Positions 9,497 through 19,535 of a stretch of DNA of 64,000 nucleotides are shown piece after piece. How positions within the stretch are numbered: the stretch's first letter is position 1; every line of letters starts with the position of its first letter. Where the stretch lies: contig CANJVR010000003.1 of assembly GCA_947478395.1 (NCBI GenBank), positions 320,001 to 384,000 of the forward strand, written 5' to 3'. The stretch comes from Opitutia bacterium (lineage in GTDB: Bacteria > Verrucomicrobiota > Verrucomicrobiia > Opitutales > Opitutaceae). The notes beneath the pieces were generated by a model, which worked only from the letters and a program-made list of their open reading frames with translations, did no database searches and was not told the DNA's origin. Made by a program: the position numbers and the translations under genes.

Positions 9497-10906
9497 ATGA
9501 ACCGGGTCCATATCAAAACCTACGGGTGCCAGATGAACGAGCGCGACAGCGAGGCGGTCGCGGCGATGCTGCGCGCGCGGGGCTACCGGATCGTGGCGAG
9601 CGAGGACGATTGCGATGTCCTGCTGCTTAACACCTGCAGCGTGCGCGACGCGGCGGAACAGAAAGCGATCGGCAAGGCTTCGTACCTGTTGCACCGAAAA
9701 AAACGGCAGCCGGAGTTCGTCATCGGGATTCTCGGCTGCATGGCGCAAAACCGTGGGGCCGAACTTCTGGATAAACTGCCTGATCTCGACCTGATTGTCG
9801 GCACGCAGAAATTTCACCAGGTGCCGGAGTATTTGGAAAACATCCGGGCGGCGCGGGCGGCGGGCGTGCCATTGGCGACAAGCATTGTGGACATTGCGGA
9901 GGAAGCGGGTTCGCAAAATACGATTCGCGATCACGTGCTAGCGCAGGACGTAGAAAATTTGACGGCTGATGGGGTCGAGGGCGTGGACATCCCGCCGCAA
10001 GTGAGCGCCTTCGTTTCCATTCAGCAGGGCTGCAACATGGACTGCTCTTTCTGCATCGTGCCGAAAACGCGGGGCGACGAACGCTCGCGTCCGATGGACG
10101 ACATCGTGGCGGAGTGCCGGTCGCTCGCGGCCCGTGGCGTACGCGAGGTGACCTTGCTCGGGCAAATCGTGACGAGTTATGGGCGGCGCGACTACACGCA
10201 CACGGGCGGGATTTCGCCGTTTGTGCAGCTCTTGGAGCGCGTTCATGCGATCGACGGGATTGAGCGGATCCGTTTCACGTCACCGCATCCGCGCGGTTTT
10301 AAACAGGATCTGGTCGAGGCGTATGGCCGGCTCCCCAAGCTTTGCGGTTACGTGCATCTGCCGATGCAGTCGGGCAGCAACCGGATGCTGCGCGCGATGA
10401 ACCGGCCGTACACGCGCGAGCGTTACTTCGAGATTGTCGAATCGTTGCGGGCGGTGCGCCCCGATATGTATTTTTCGACGGATGTGATTGTGGGATTCCC
10501 GGGTGAAACCGAGGAGGATTTCGCCGAGACGCGTGATCTTTTCGAGCGGGCGGACTACGACATGGCCTATATTTTCAAATATTCGATTCGGACGGGCACG
10601 CCGGCGGCGATACTGGGCGATCAAATTCCGGACGAAGTAAAAGAAGCGCGCAACGCGACGCTGCTCGGCGTGTTGCAGCAAAACTCACTGCGCCGCACGG
10701 CGACGCTGATTGGCACGGTCGAAGAAGTGTTGGTCGAAGGACCGGATAAAACCGGCCGCCGCTTTACCGGCCGCACGCGGGGCAACCGCGTTTGCGTGTT
10801 CGACGCGAGCCCGCGGCTGATCGGTCAGCTCGTGCCGTTGAAGATCGACCGGGCGACCGTGAGCACGCTGTACGGCGAGCTGGCGCTCAGCGGCGTGGAG
10901 GTTTGA
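9497..10906 (+). CDS. miaB: tRNA-2-methylthio-N6-dimethylallyladenosine synthase MiaB
   Basis: TYGCQMN, NTCSVR, GCMAQ, GCNMDCSFCIVP, TDVIVGFPGET and TRAM domain. Confidence 0.95.
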   Translation: MNRVHIKTYGCQMNERDSEAVAAMLRARGYRIVASEDDCDVLLLNTCSVRDAAEQKAIGKASYLLHRKKRQPEFVIGILGCMAQNRGAELLDKLPDLDLIVGTQKFHQVPEYLENIRAARAAGVPLATSIVDIAEEAGSQNTIRDHVLAQDVENLTADGVEGVDIPPQVSAFVSIQQGCNMDCSFCIVPKTRGDERSRPMDDIVAECRSLAARGVREVTLLGQIVTSYGRRDYTHTGGISPFVQLLERVHAIDGIERIRFTSPHPRGFKQDLVEAYGRLPKLCGYVHLPMQSGSNRMLRAMNRPYTRERYFEIVESLRAVRPDMYFSTDVIVGFPGETEEDFAETRDLFERADYDMAYIFKYSIRTGTPAAILGDQIPDEVKEARNATLLGVLQQNSLRRTATLIGTVEEVLVEGPDKTGRRFTGRTRGNRVCVFDASPRLIGQLVPLKIDRATVSTLYGELALSGVEV

Positions 10907-10933
10907 TCGGGAGCACCGCGACGATTTTCAAAC

Positions 10934-11473
10934 ATGACCCTCACGCTCGCCACGCTCATCCCCGGTCTGATTCTGCTCGCGCTCGGCGTACCGCTCGCAC
11001 TCGGGGGCTCGATGGTGAGCTCGGCCCTGAAGGCTTTTCCGCGCTCGATGCCGGCGGCCGGCGTTTTTTTCGGGGCCGGCGCGGCGTGGTTCCTTTATAA
11101 CATCTGGCACCTTTCCATGGCGGACTTTGGAGAGTATCGGACGTATTTGTTCATCGGTTTCGCGATGGTCGCCGTGCTGGCTTTCAAGTGCGTGCCGGAT
11201 TTTCTCTCGGTGCGCGGGCTGTGTGCTTTGGTGTTGTTGGGTGCGATGCCGTTGCTCGATGCGGCGTACATGGAATACGATAAGCCGCAGCGGCTGCTGA
11301 TGGTCGCACTGGTGTACGTTGCGATCGCCGGCGCGATCTGGCTTGGAGCGCAACCGTACCGTCTGCGCGATTTCATCGGCTGGCTGTTGGTTCGGCCGGG
11401 TCGTGCACGAATCGCCGGCGGCATCCTGGCGGCGTACGGTCTGCTACTCTGCGGCACGGCGTTCACTTATTGA
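10934..11473 (+). CDS. Hypothetical integral membrane protein
   Basis: Several hydrophobic helices; sits between miaB and gmk in an apparent operon. Confidence 0.8.
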   Translation: MTLTLATLIPGLILLALGVPLALGGSMVSSALKAFPRSMPAAGVFFGAGAAWFLYNIWHLSMADFGEYRTYLFIGFAMVAVLAFKCVPDFLSVRGLCALVLLGAMPLLDAAYMEYDKPQRLLMVALVYVAIAGAIWLGAQPYRLRDFIGWLLVRPGRARIAGGILAAYGLLLCGTAFTY

Positions 11474-11481
11474 GCGGTGTC

Positions 11482-12111
11482 ATGACCGAGCACGTGTCAC
11501 AGCCGGATCAGGGAACTCCCGCAGCGGTGTTGATGGTAATCGCTGGGCCCGCGGGCTCGGGGAAGAGCACGTTGTGCGAGCGGCTGGTGGGCGAGGCGCC
11601 GGGATTTTCGCGGGTGATCACGAGCACGACGAGGGCGCCGCGGCCGGGCGAAGTGGATGGCTGTCATTACCATTTTCTGACGCCGGCCCAGTTCGATGCG
11701 AAGATTGCGGCCGGAGAATTTTTAGAATGGGCGTGGGTCCACGGCGACCGGCGTTACGGCACGCTGGCGTCGAGCGTGCTGGCGCCGCTCGCCGCGGGCC
11801 AAAGTCTCGCGATCAATCTCGATGTGCAGGGCGTGGCGAGCCTGCGACGGGCGGCTGTCGCACGACCCGCGCTGCGGCGGACGATGTCCACGGTTTTCAT
11901 CGTGCTCGATCACGCGCAACTCGTGGAACGTATCCGTAGCCGCGGTCAGGACAGCGAGGAGGAGATTGCGCGGCGGATGGCGACGGCGGAAGCCGAATTG
12001 CGCGAGGCCGAGAAGTTCGACTTCATCATTCACAGTCGTTCGCGCGATGAAGATTTTGCCGCGCTGCTCGGGATTTTGGCCAAAGCGCGGGTGAAGGCGG
12101 CGGCGGATTAG
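11482..12111 (+). CDS. gmk: Guanylate kinase
   Basis: GPAGSGKST, TTRAPRPGEVDG..YHF, FLEWA.VHG..YGT. Confidence 0.95.
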   Translation: MTEHVSQPDQGTPAAVLMVIAGPAGSGKSTLCERLVGEAPGFSRVITSTTRAPRPGEVDGCHYHFLTPAQFDAKIAAGEFLEWAWVHGDRRYGTLASSVLAPLAAGQSLAINLDVQGVASLRRAAVARPALRRTMSTVFIVLDHAQLVERIRSRGQDSEEEIARRMATAEAELREAEKFDFIIHSRSRDEDFAALLGILAKARVKAAAD

Positions 12112-12142
12112 AGCGGGTTAAGTTTTTCCCTGACGGTTTTGC

Positions 12143-12212
12143 GTAGCGGCAGGCGACCCTGCCAGCCGGGTTTGGCGTCCTCATTTCGGCGGGCGGAGAC
12201 GCCGGCCGCTCC
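12143..12212. repeat. GTAG-type REP doublet (inverted pair)
   Basis: gtagcggcaggcgaccctgccagccg ... cggcgggcggagacgccggccgctcc, imperfect inverted arms. Confidence 0.65.
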
Positions 12213-12274
12213 TTCGTTAGCGACACCGCATTTGATGAATCCGTTTCAGCCCGCCTCGATTGCACAGAAGCAAA

Positions 12275-12304
12275 AAAATCCCCGGGAAATTTCCCGGGGA
12301 TTTT
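12275..12304. terminator. Bidirectional intrinsic terminator (gmk/gnd)
   Basis: Perfect palindrome aaaatccccgggaaatttcccggggatttt between convergent genes. Confidence 0.85.
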
Positions 12305-12335
12305 GATCGAGTCGGACTGCGAGGGTTAAGCTAGG

Positions 12336-13841
12336 TTAAGCTTCGATCTGTGGGCGTGACGCTTCGGGCCAGTCGATGTGGAAGAATTTTCCGCGCGGCT
12401 GGTCGACGCGCTCGTACGTGTGGGCGCCGAAATAATCGCGCTGCGCCTGGAGCAGATTAGCGGGCAAACGGGCCGAGCGGTAGCTGTCGTAGTAGGCGAG
12501 CGCCGAACTAAACGTTGGGGACGCCACGCCACACTCGGCGGCGAGCGACACGACATGACGCCAGTTTTCCTGCGCCTGCTTCACGGTCTTATTGAAGTAA
12601 GGATCGAGCAGCAGATTTGCGAGGTTCGGGTTCCGCGCGTAGGCCTCGGTGATTTTTTGCAAGAATGCCGCGCGGATGATGCAGCCACCGCGGAAAATTT
12701 GTGCGATCTCGCCGAAGTTAAGCTTCCAGTTGAACTCGGTCTGCGCGGCGCGCATGAGCTGGAAACCCTGCGCATAGGAACAGATTTTTGAGCAGTACAA
12801 CGCGTCGTGGATCGCCGCGATGAGGGCTTTCTTTGAACCGCGGTATTTGCGCTTCGGGCCCTTGAGAATTTTTGAGGCGGCTACGCGCTCGTCCTTGATC
12901 GCACTGATGCAACGCGCGAACACCGCTTCGGCGACGGTTGGCGCCGGCACGCCCATGTCGAGCGCGTTGGTCGAGGTCCATTTGCCCGTGCCTTTCTGGC
13001 CGGCGGTGTCGAGCACGACGTCCACGAACGCCTTTTTCTTCGTCATCGGATCCTTCTGCTTGAGGATGTCGGCTGTGATCTCGATCAGGAAACTATCAAG
13101 AATGCCGGTGTTCCAATCGGAGAAAATCGCGCCCATTTCCGCCGGTTTTAGACCGAGGAGACCCTGCATCAAGGCGTAGGCCTCACAGATCATCTGCATG
13201 TCGCCATATTCGATGCCGTTGTGAACCATCTTCACATAATGACCGGCGCCGTTTTCGCCGATGTAAGTGGTGCAGGGCACGCCGCCGCTGACGGGATGGC
13301 CAGGCGTGGCGCCCATGATGGGTTTACCGGTCTTCGCATCGACCTTCGCGGCAATCGCTTCCCAGATTGGCTTCAACTGAAGCCACGCGGCGAACTCGCC
13401 GCCGGGCATGAGCGACGGGCCAAAGCGCGCGCCTTCTTCGCCACCGGAAACGCCGGAGCCGATGAAGCGCAGGCCTTTTTCGCGGAGAACTTTTTCGCGG
13501 CGAATGGTATCGGTCCAGAGGGCATTGCCGCCATCGATGATGATGTCGCCCTTTTCTAGGAGTGGCACGAGGCCGTCGATCACCGCATCGGTGGCCTTGC
13601 CGGCCTGCACGAGGATCACCATTTTGCGCGGCTTGGCCAGGGACTGGACGAACTCGGGCAGTGTCTTCGCGCCAAAAAGGCCGCCCGGCGTGGAAGGATT
13701 TTCGGCGACGAACTTGTCGGTTTTTTCCGTAGTGCGGTTGTAAACCGAGATTCGGAACCCGTGATCGGCGATGTTGAGCGCGAGGTTTTGACCCATCACG
13801 GCGAGCCCGATGAGTCCGATGTCAGAGTGCGTTTTGGCCAT
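12336..13841 (-). CDS. gnd: NADP-dependent 6-phosphogluconate dehydrogenase
   Basis: [47 protein letters not shown]. Confidence 0.97.
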   Translation of the reverse strand: MAKTHSDIGLIGLAVMGQNLALNIADHGFRISVYNRTTEKTDKFVAENPSTPGGLFGAKTLPEFVQSLAKPRKMVILVQAGKATDAVIDGLVPLLEKGDIIIDGGNALWTDTIRREKVLREKGLRFIGSGVSGGEEGARFGPSLMPGGEFAAWLQLKPIWEAIAAKVDAKTGKPIMGATPGHPVSGGVPCTTYIGENGAGHYVKMVHNGIEYGDMQMICEAYALMQGLLGLKPAEMGAIFSDWNTGILDSFLIEITADILKQKDPMTKKKAFVDVVLDTAGQKGTGKWTSTNALDMGVPAPTVAEAVFARCISAIKDERVAASKILKGPKRKYRGSKKALIAAIHDALYCSKICSYAQGFQLMRAAQTEFNWKLNFGEIAQIFRGGCIIRAAFLQKITEAYARNPNLANLLLDPYFNKTVKQAQENWRHVVSLAAECGVASPTFSSALAYYDSYRSARLPANLLQAQRDYFGAHTYERVDQPRGKFFHIDWPEASRPQIEA

Positions 13842-14179
13842 AAAAGTGACGGAAGGTACGCAGCATCCCCCCGGAAAACCAATCTGTTTTTAGCCGAGGT
13901 CAGAAATCAACGGCGGGCCGATCCTCACGCCATCGATCATGATGGGCTAGCAAACCATTCAGCCTAGTCTGAAGGACCCGTTTCAGTCCGGTGTCAGCCC
14001 AATTTCCGACTCCATCATCCGAACTCCAAACCTAAAACTGCAGGCTACGGCGCGCCCTTGGGTTCCTGCGCCTGCTTGCCTGCGTGAGCGCCTTTGCGCG
14101 GAAAAAACGGCGCGATCTGGCTGATGATCGGCGTCATGGGCTGCGTTTCCTGCGGTAAAAATGAATTTCCGCCGGGTCG

Positions 14180-14638
14180 CTAAGCCGGCGGGTTCGTGGC
14201 TCCCGCGTGGTCGCCGCGTGTGGCGCAGTTGATCCAGATGGTGGCGCCGTCGGCGTAGTGCTCTTTTTTCCAGATCGGCACGCGGGCTTTGGCCTCGTCG
14301 ATAATGTAGCGGCACGCATCGAAGGCGGCACCGCGATGCGCCGCCGTGACGCCGACCCACACCGCGAGATCGCCCAACGCGAGTGCGCCCACCCGGTGCA
14401 CGCAGACCGCGCCGAAAACGGGAAACTTCTCCCGCGCTTCGGCCAGAATGCGCGCGCCTTCCTTCTCCGCGAGCGGCGGGTAGGCTTCATAGTCGAGCGA
14501 CTGCACGAGGTGGCCGTCGTTATGATTGCGCACCCAGCCCTCGAACGTCACGCCCGCGCCCGCCCGCACGTCGGGCAAGCCCCGCGCCAAGGCCCCAGGA
14601 TCGAGTGCGGTGGTTGAAAGGAGAAAACTAAAACTCAC
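14180..14638 (-). CDS. moaE: Molybdopterin synthase catalytic subunit
   Basis: GAGVTFEGWVRN, YEAY, HRVG, HRGAAF.AC, PIWKKE. Confidence 0.95.
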   Translation of the reverse strand: MSFSFLLSTTALDPGALARGLPDVRAGAGVTFEGWVRNHNDGHLVQSLDYEAYPPLAEKEGARILAEAREKFPVFGAVCVHRVGALALGDLAVWVGVTAAHRGAAFDACRYIIDEAKARVPIWKKEHYADGATIWINCATRGDHAGATNPPA

Positions 14639-14686
14639 GGGATGGTGGGGGCTATTTTTTGAAAACTGGAGAGCTCGTCAGAGTGA

Positions 14687-14705
14687 ATGTCACTTAATAG
14701 GTGAC
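14687..14705. repeat. Intergenic copy of the rlmN palindrome
   Basis: atgtcacttaataggtgac identical to 2970-2988. Confidence 0.8.
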
Positions 14706-14753
14706 GTTTAAACTGGGGGAATTGGGGGAGGTCGACGCCATCGATGGGAAAAC

Positions 14754-14996
14754 TCAACCGCCTGCGACCGGGGGGATGAACACCACGCGGTCGCCTTCGT
14801 GCAGCGTGGCGGTGGCAGTCACGAATTCATCATTCACCGCCGCCCGGACGCGATCGCCTGGCAGCGTGAAACCGTGGCGTGCGCGGAGTTCCTCGTAAAG
14901 CGCGCCTGGGGTGGTGGCCGGCGTGGTGAGTTTTTCCTGCGCAATCCCGCGTTGCTCGCGGAGAATGGCGAAGTACTGGATCGTGATCGTTGGCAT
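14754..14996 (-). CDS. moaD: Molybdopterin synthase sulfur carrier
   Basis: YFAILRE, AVN.EF, C-terminal FIPPVAGG. Confidence 0.93.
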   Translation of the reverse strand: MPTITIQYFAILREQRGIAQEKLTTPATTPGALYEELRARHGFTLPGDRVRAAVNDEFVTATATLHEGDRVVFIPPVAGG

Positions 14997-15143
14997 CGGG
15001 TCGGCGGGTAAAAATCCTGTGGCATTCATGCCGGGGATTTCGCGATAGGCCAGCTCACTCGTGCGTGCTGAAGCTTCGAAGAAAAAAGCCCGCGCGGCAC
15101 TGGTTAAGGGCGCGTCCTTGAAGCAAAACCAAAAACGGGAGGG

Positions 15144-15355
15144 GAACCGCTAATCGGATTTTCCCAATGGGAAAATCTATGATCGGCGGCTACGGCTGAT
15201 CGCCGGCGCAGGGAGTGGGTGGCATCCGCTGATCGCGGACGATTTCTCCACGGAGAAAACAGGCTGGGATCACCAGCCCCAATCACAAAGGCCGCAGGCG
15301 ATTAGCCGAAGGGGTGTTCGTAGATTCGCCCGTTGGCGAATCCCATTAGCGGTTC
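15144..15355. repeat. MITE/BIME-like element with inverted hairpin-containing arms
   Basis: gaaccgctaat...attagcggttc terminal inverted repeat extending about 36 bp; related copy at 22894-22954. Confidence 0.65.
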
Positions 15356-15384
15356 GATTGCCCCGGTTATTTCAACGACCCACG

Positions 15385-15870
15385 TTACGGCGCGTGAAAG
15401 TCGCTCTTGCCGCCGGTTTTTTCCAGCAGGCGGATGTCCTTGATCACGATGTCGTGCGAAATCGCCTTCCCCATGTCGTAAAGCGTCAGCGCCGCGATGG
15501 TGGCTCCAGTGAGTGCTTCCATTTCAACGCCGGTCTTTGCGTGCGTTTCGGCGCGGCAGCGGATCGCCACTTCGACCGAGCCGTCGGCGGCCGCGGCGCG
15601 CGACTCCAAGTCAATCTTGCAGTCGTCGAGTGGCAGCGGATGGCAGAGGGGAATGAGTTCGCTGGTGCGTTTCGCGCCCATGATCCCCGCTAGAATCGCC
15701 GTTTGGAAAACCGGGCCTTTTTTGGTCGCGATATCGCCGTCGTGCAGCAACGCGGCCAGTGCGGGCGGCAACACCACGACCGCGCCCGCCGTCGCGATGC
15801 GCCGCGTGGCGGTTTTTGGACCGACGTTGACCATCGCCGGCTGACCTTTGGCATCGAGGTGGGAGAGCAT
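15385..15870 (-). CDS. moaC: Cyclic pyranopterin monophosphate synthase
   Basis: LSHLD..G...MV, LIPLCHPL, TGVEMEAL, YDM.KA, KTGGKS. Confidence 0.96.
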   Translation of the reverse strand: MLSHLDAKGQPAMVNVGPKTATRRIATAGAVVVLPPALAALLHDGDIATKKGPVFQTAILAGIMGAKRTSELIPLCHPLPLDDCKIDLESRAAAADGSVEVAIRCRAETHAKTGVEMEALTGATIAALTLYDMGKAISHDIVIKDIRLLEKTGGKSDFHAP

Positions 15871-15932
15871 ACAGAAAGAGAAAAGCTGGCGCGCGAAAAT
15901 GGCGGCGTAAAGCCGCCGCTAAAGGAAAGTCG

Positions 15933-17168
15933 TCACACCCACGGCCAGAATCGCACCACCTCGCCCGCGGGAAATTCGTTCCGCTCGGCCGGCAGTTCGA
16001 CGAAGCCATCGGTGCCAACCAAACCGGCGAAATCCCCCGAAGTATTGACCAGCTCGGGCGTCGCGAGCGTTTCGGCCTGCGGTCCGCTGTGGATTTTCAC
16101 CGGCAGCAGGCCCGCCAGTTTCGGCTCGAACTTCACGGCGGTCGCCAGTGCGGCGGTCCGGGCCGGCGACGGCGTCATCCCGCTGGCCTGGGCAAGGGCT
16201 GGCAGCACATAGCGATGGAGACAGGTGTACGCTGCCACCGGATTCCCCGGCAGCGCAAAGACGGGAGTCGAACGCGCGCTCATGCCAAACCAAAACGGCT
16301 TGCCTGGACGCTGGGCCACGCCGTGGAAAATTTTCCGCACGCCCTGGCGGGCAAGCTCGTCGGGCAGGAAATCGAATTTTCCTTTCGAAACTCCGCCGGT
16401 GACCAACATCACGTCATATTCTGCGAGCACGTGCCAGAGCCGGTGTTCGATCTCCTCTCGCACGTCCCGCACATGAAATCGGTCCACGCGCGGATAGCCG
16501 GCCAGTGCGAGCGTCGCGCGCAACGCGAGATCGTTGCTGCGCCGGATCTGGTGCGGCGCCACGCCCGCTTCCACTTCGACCAGTTCGTCGCCGGTCGTCA
16601 CGATGGCGATTTTCGGGGAATGCGCGACGGTCAAGAAAGAGTAACCGCAGGCGGCCGCCACCGCGAGTTCACGGCCCGTGAGTCGCACGCCGCCGCGCAC
16701 GATTAACGCGCCCGCCGGATGATCACTCCCTCGCAGGTGGACGGCGTGACCCGGCTGAAATTTTCCCGCGGCTTTTCCGACGTTCATCAGGGTGGGCGAA
16801 TTTCCCACTTTGGCGCCCTCGGCCCGCGTCGTTTCCTCGTACGGCACCACGCAATCTGCGCCGGTCGGCAAAGCGGACCCAGTCATGATTTCAACACAGG
16901 TGTCCGGCTCCAGTCCCAATACCCGCGGCAACATGCCCGCCGCCTGCACGCCTTCCACGCGAAACATCTGCACCCCCGCCGCGAGCGAAGATGACCGCAA
17001 CGCGTATCCATCCATCGTCACGCGATCAAACGGCGGCAGATCGCGGTCGGCTTTCAAATCGGCGCGCAAAACCCGTCCGTGCGCTGACGTCAGAGGACAA
17101 TCCTCGCGGTGCAGCAACCGGGTGTTTTCGCGAATAAGTTTTTCGGCCTCGGCCGGCGTGATGAGCAT
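15933..17168 (-). CDS. moeA: Molybdopterin molybdotransferase
   Basis: PPFDR..MDGYA, IMTG, TGDEL, TGGVSKG, RPGKP, LPGNP. Confidence 0.95.
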   Translation of the reverse strand: MLITPAEAEKLIRENTRLLHREDCPLTSAHGRVLRADLKADRDLPPFDRVTMDGYALRSSSLAAGVQMFRVEGVQAAGMLPRVLGLEPDTCVEIMTGSALPTGADCVVPYEETTRAEGAKVGNSPTLMNVGKAAGKFQPGHAVHLRGSDHPAGALIVRGGVRLTGRELAVAAACGYSFLTVAHSPKIAIVTTGDELVEVEAGVAPHQIRRSNDLALRATLALAGYPRVDRFHVRDVREEIEHRLWHVLAEYDVMLVTGGVSKGKFDFLPDELARQGVRKIFHGVAQRPGKPFWFGMSARSTPVFALPGNPVAAYTCLHRYVLPALAQASGMTPSPARTAALATAVKFEPKLAGLLPVKIHSGPQAETLATPELVNTSGDFAGLVGTDGFVELPAERNEFPAGEVVRFWPWV

Positions 17169-17476
17169 AAAGGTTTTCCCAACGCGTCAGCAAACCAGCC
17201 GTCATCCGCGGTGCAACCCCGGGCTCAGGCCGTCACGGGTTGATCGCCAACCTCCGATCTCGATCCCGGTCATCAATCTTTCGTCAGCGAAATCACGGCG
17301 CTGATCGGTTCTCCTGGGTGGGGGAAATAATCCAGCTTCTTTCGATCCAATTTGGAAGGGCCGTCGCCGTCTGGTCCGAAGCCATGGGACGCTGCTCGAA
17401 AATATCCGGCGGCCCGCAACGGCTTAAATCTTGACGCTTGCGCGGTCGTGCCGGGCGCTTCTCCTCTTCGTTTCCC

Positions 17477-18493
17477 ATGTCCGGTCCCCGCGATCAATTC
17501 CAGCGTCCCCTCCGGGATCTTCGCATCTCGGTGACGGATCGTTGCAATTTTCGCTGCCCCTATTGCATGCCGAAGGAAGTGTTCGGCCCCGGCCATGCTT
17601 TCCTGCGCGATCCGCAGCTGATGACCCTCGGCGAACTCACCCGCATCGCGCGGGCTTTTAAAGCGCTCGGAGTGGAAAAAATCCGGCTGACCGGCGGTGA
17701 ACCACTCCTGCGACCCGACGTACCCGACCTCGTGCGCGTGCTGAAACAGGATCTCGCGATCCCGGATGTTGCCCTCACGACCAACGGCTGGTTACTCGAA
17801 AAACTCGCACCTGCTCTGCGCGACGCCGGACTTAATCGCGTCAACGTTTCGGTCGATTCCCTCGACGACGCCATCGCCGGAAAAATGAACGGTCTCGGCT
17901 TCAGCGTTGCGCGTGTGCTGCGCGGGATCGACGCGGCCGCCGCGCTCGGCCTGCCCGTGAAAATCAACTGTGTGGTCCAGCGCGGTGTGAACGATGGCGA
18001 GCTGCTCGCGCTGTGTGATTATTTTCGCGAGCGCGGTCATGCGCTGCGGTTCATCGAGTTCATGGATGTCGGCAACACGAACCATTGGAAGGCCGACCAC
18101 GTCGTGCCTGCCCGGGAAATCGTCGCTCGCATCCAAGCCCGCTGGCCGCTTGAGCCCATCGGTCCCGCGTATCGCGGCGAAGTAGCCGCGCGCTACCGTT
18201 ACGCTGACGGGCGCGGAGAAATCGGCCTGATCAGCTCGGTCACGGAACCGTTTTGCCGCGACTGTCATCGCGCGCGTCTCTCGGCTGACGGGAAACTCTT
18301 CACCTGTCTTTTCGCCACGCTCGGCTGGGATGTGTTGGGCTGCCTGCGCGCCGGAGCTAGCGATGAGGAACTCGCCAATTATCTCAGCCGCATCTGGCGC
18401 GGCCGCGAAGATCGGTATAGCGAGGAGCGCTCCTCCGTGCTCGCCGCCGGCGAATCGCGTCCGAAGATCGAGATGAGCTACATCGGCGGGTAA
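17477..18493 (+). CDS. moaA: GTP 3',8-cyclase
   Basis: LRISVTDRCNFRCPYCMP, RLTGGEP, FCRDCHRAR..G.L.TCLF, MSYIGG. Confidence 0.97.
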   Translation: MSGPRDQFQRPLRDLRISVTDRCNFRCPYCMPKEVFGPGHAFLRDPQLMTLGELTRIARAFKALGVEKIRLTGGEPLLRPDVPDLVRVLKQDLAIPDVALTTNGWLLEKLAPALRDAGLNRVNVSVDSLDDAIAGKMNGLGFSVARVLRGIDAAAALGLPVKINCVVQRGVNDGELLALCDYFRERGHALRFIEFMDVGNTNHWKADHVVPAREIVARIQARWPLEPIGPAYRGEVAARYRYADGRGEIGLISSVTEPFCRDCHRARLSADGKLFTCLFATLGWDVLGCLRAGASDEELANYLSRIWRGREDRYSEERSSVLAAGESRPKIEMSYIGG

Positions 18494-18513
18494 CGCCGAA
18501 AACCCTCCAGGGG

Positions 18514-18545
18514 GTAGCGCGCGTTATTCCTCGCGCGCCGGTTCG
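18514..18545 (+). repeat. REP-like repeat family A, copy 2
   Basis: gtagcgcgcgttattcctcgcgcgccggttcg downstream of moaA. Confidence 0.6.
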
Positions 18546-18593
18546 CCAAGTTTGGCTCGCCGACCGAGGATCGGGCCGACTTTGTTCGCTCTG

Positions 18594-19535
18594 ATGCAAC
18601 CCACGCTTCTCGTACTCGCGGCCGGCATGGGCTCGCGTTATGGCGGGCTCAAGCAGATTGATCCGGTCGGACCCGGCGGTGAAACCGTGCTCGATTATGC
18701 GGTGTTCGACGCGGTCCGCGCGGGCTTCGGGCGCGTCGTGTTTGTAATTCGCCGCGACTTTGAGGCCATCTTTCGCGAGCAGGTTGGCGCGAAGTACGCC
18801 GGCCGCATCGCCGTTGATTACGTTTTTCAATCGCTCGACGCCCTGCCGTCGGGCCGCCGACCGCCGCTTGGCCGCGAAAAACCATGGGGTACTGGGCACG
18901 CGGTGTGGTGCGCCCGCGGCGTAATCCGGGAAAATTTCGCGGTGATCAATGCCGACGATTTCTACGGGGCTAACTCCTTTGTTCAGCTCGCGAATTTCCT
19001 CGGTGGAGCCGGGCGCGGTACGGCACCGGCTCGCGGCGCCGTGGCACCGGTGGAGTTCGCGATGGTGGGTTTCCGTCTCGATCGCACCCTCTCCGAAAAC
19101 GGCGCGGTGGCGCGTGGGGTTTGCACCGTCGCATCCGGCCATTTGCGCGCGATTGTTGAACAAACCGGCCTGCATGCGGCCGATGTCGGACCCGGACAAA
19201 AATTCGGCGGCGACGAAACGGTTTCCATGAACTGCTGGGGTTTCACGCCCGAAATCTTTCCCGCACTCGATGAACAACTTCAGGCGTTTCTGGATTTTCC
19301 AGCGCAGGGCGGGGCGGTACCGGCGGCAGCGGCCGTCGATCCTTTGAAAGGGGAGTTTTATTTGCCGGCGGCGGTGGCGGCGATGATTGGCAAAGGCGAG
19401 GCTGTTGTCCGCGTGTTGCCCACGGTCGGCACGTGGTTCGGAGTCACTTATCGGGACGACAAGCCGCGAGTGCAGGCGGCCGTGGCTGAACTGGTGCGAA
19501 GCGGCGCGTATCCGGCTAAACTTTTTCCGTCATGA
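18594..19535 (+). CDS. Sugar-phosphate nucleotidyltransferase family protein
   Basis: LAAGMGSRYGGLKQ, KPWGTGHA, INADDFYG, WFGVTY. Confidence 0.88.
   Translation: MQPTLLVLAAGMGSRYGGLKQIDPVGPGGETVLDYAVFDAVRAGFGRVVFVIRRDFEAIFREQVGAKYAGRIAVDYVFQSLDALPSGRRPPLGREKPWGTGHAVWCARGVIRENFAVINADDFYGANSFVQLANFLGGAGRGTAPARGAVAPVEFAMVGFRLDRTLSENGAVARGVCTVASGHLRAIVEQTGLHAADVGPGQKFGGDETVSMNCWGFTPEIFPALDEQLQAFLDFPAQGGAVPAAAAVDPLKGEFYLPAAVAAMIGKGEAVVRVLPTVGTWFGVTYRDDKPRVQAAVAELVRSGAYPAKLFPS

Noticed and set aside
17169..17476. Moco riboswitch upstream of moaA
   Set aside because: Only fragments (cctccga, tttggaaggg) resemble the motif and the GCCUCCC core was not found; an Rfam scan would be decisive
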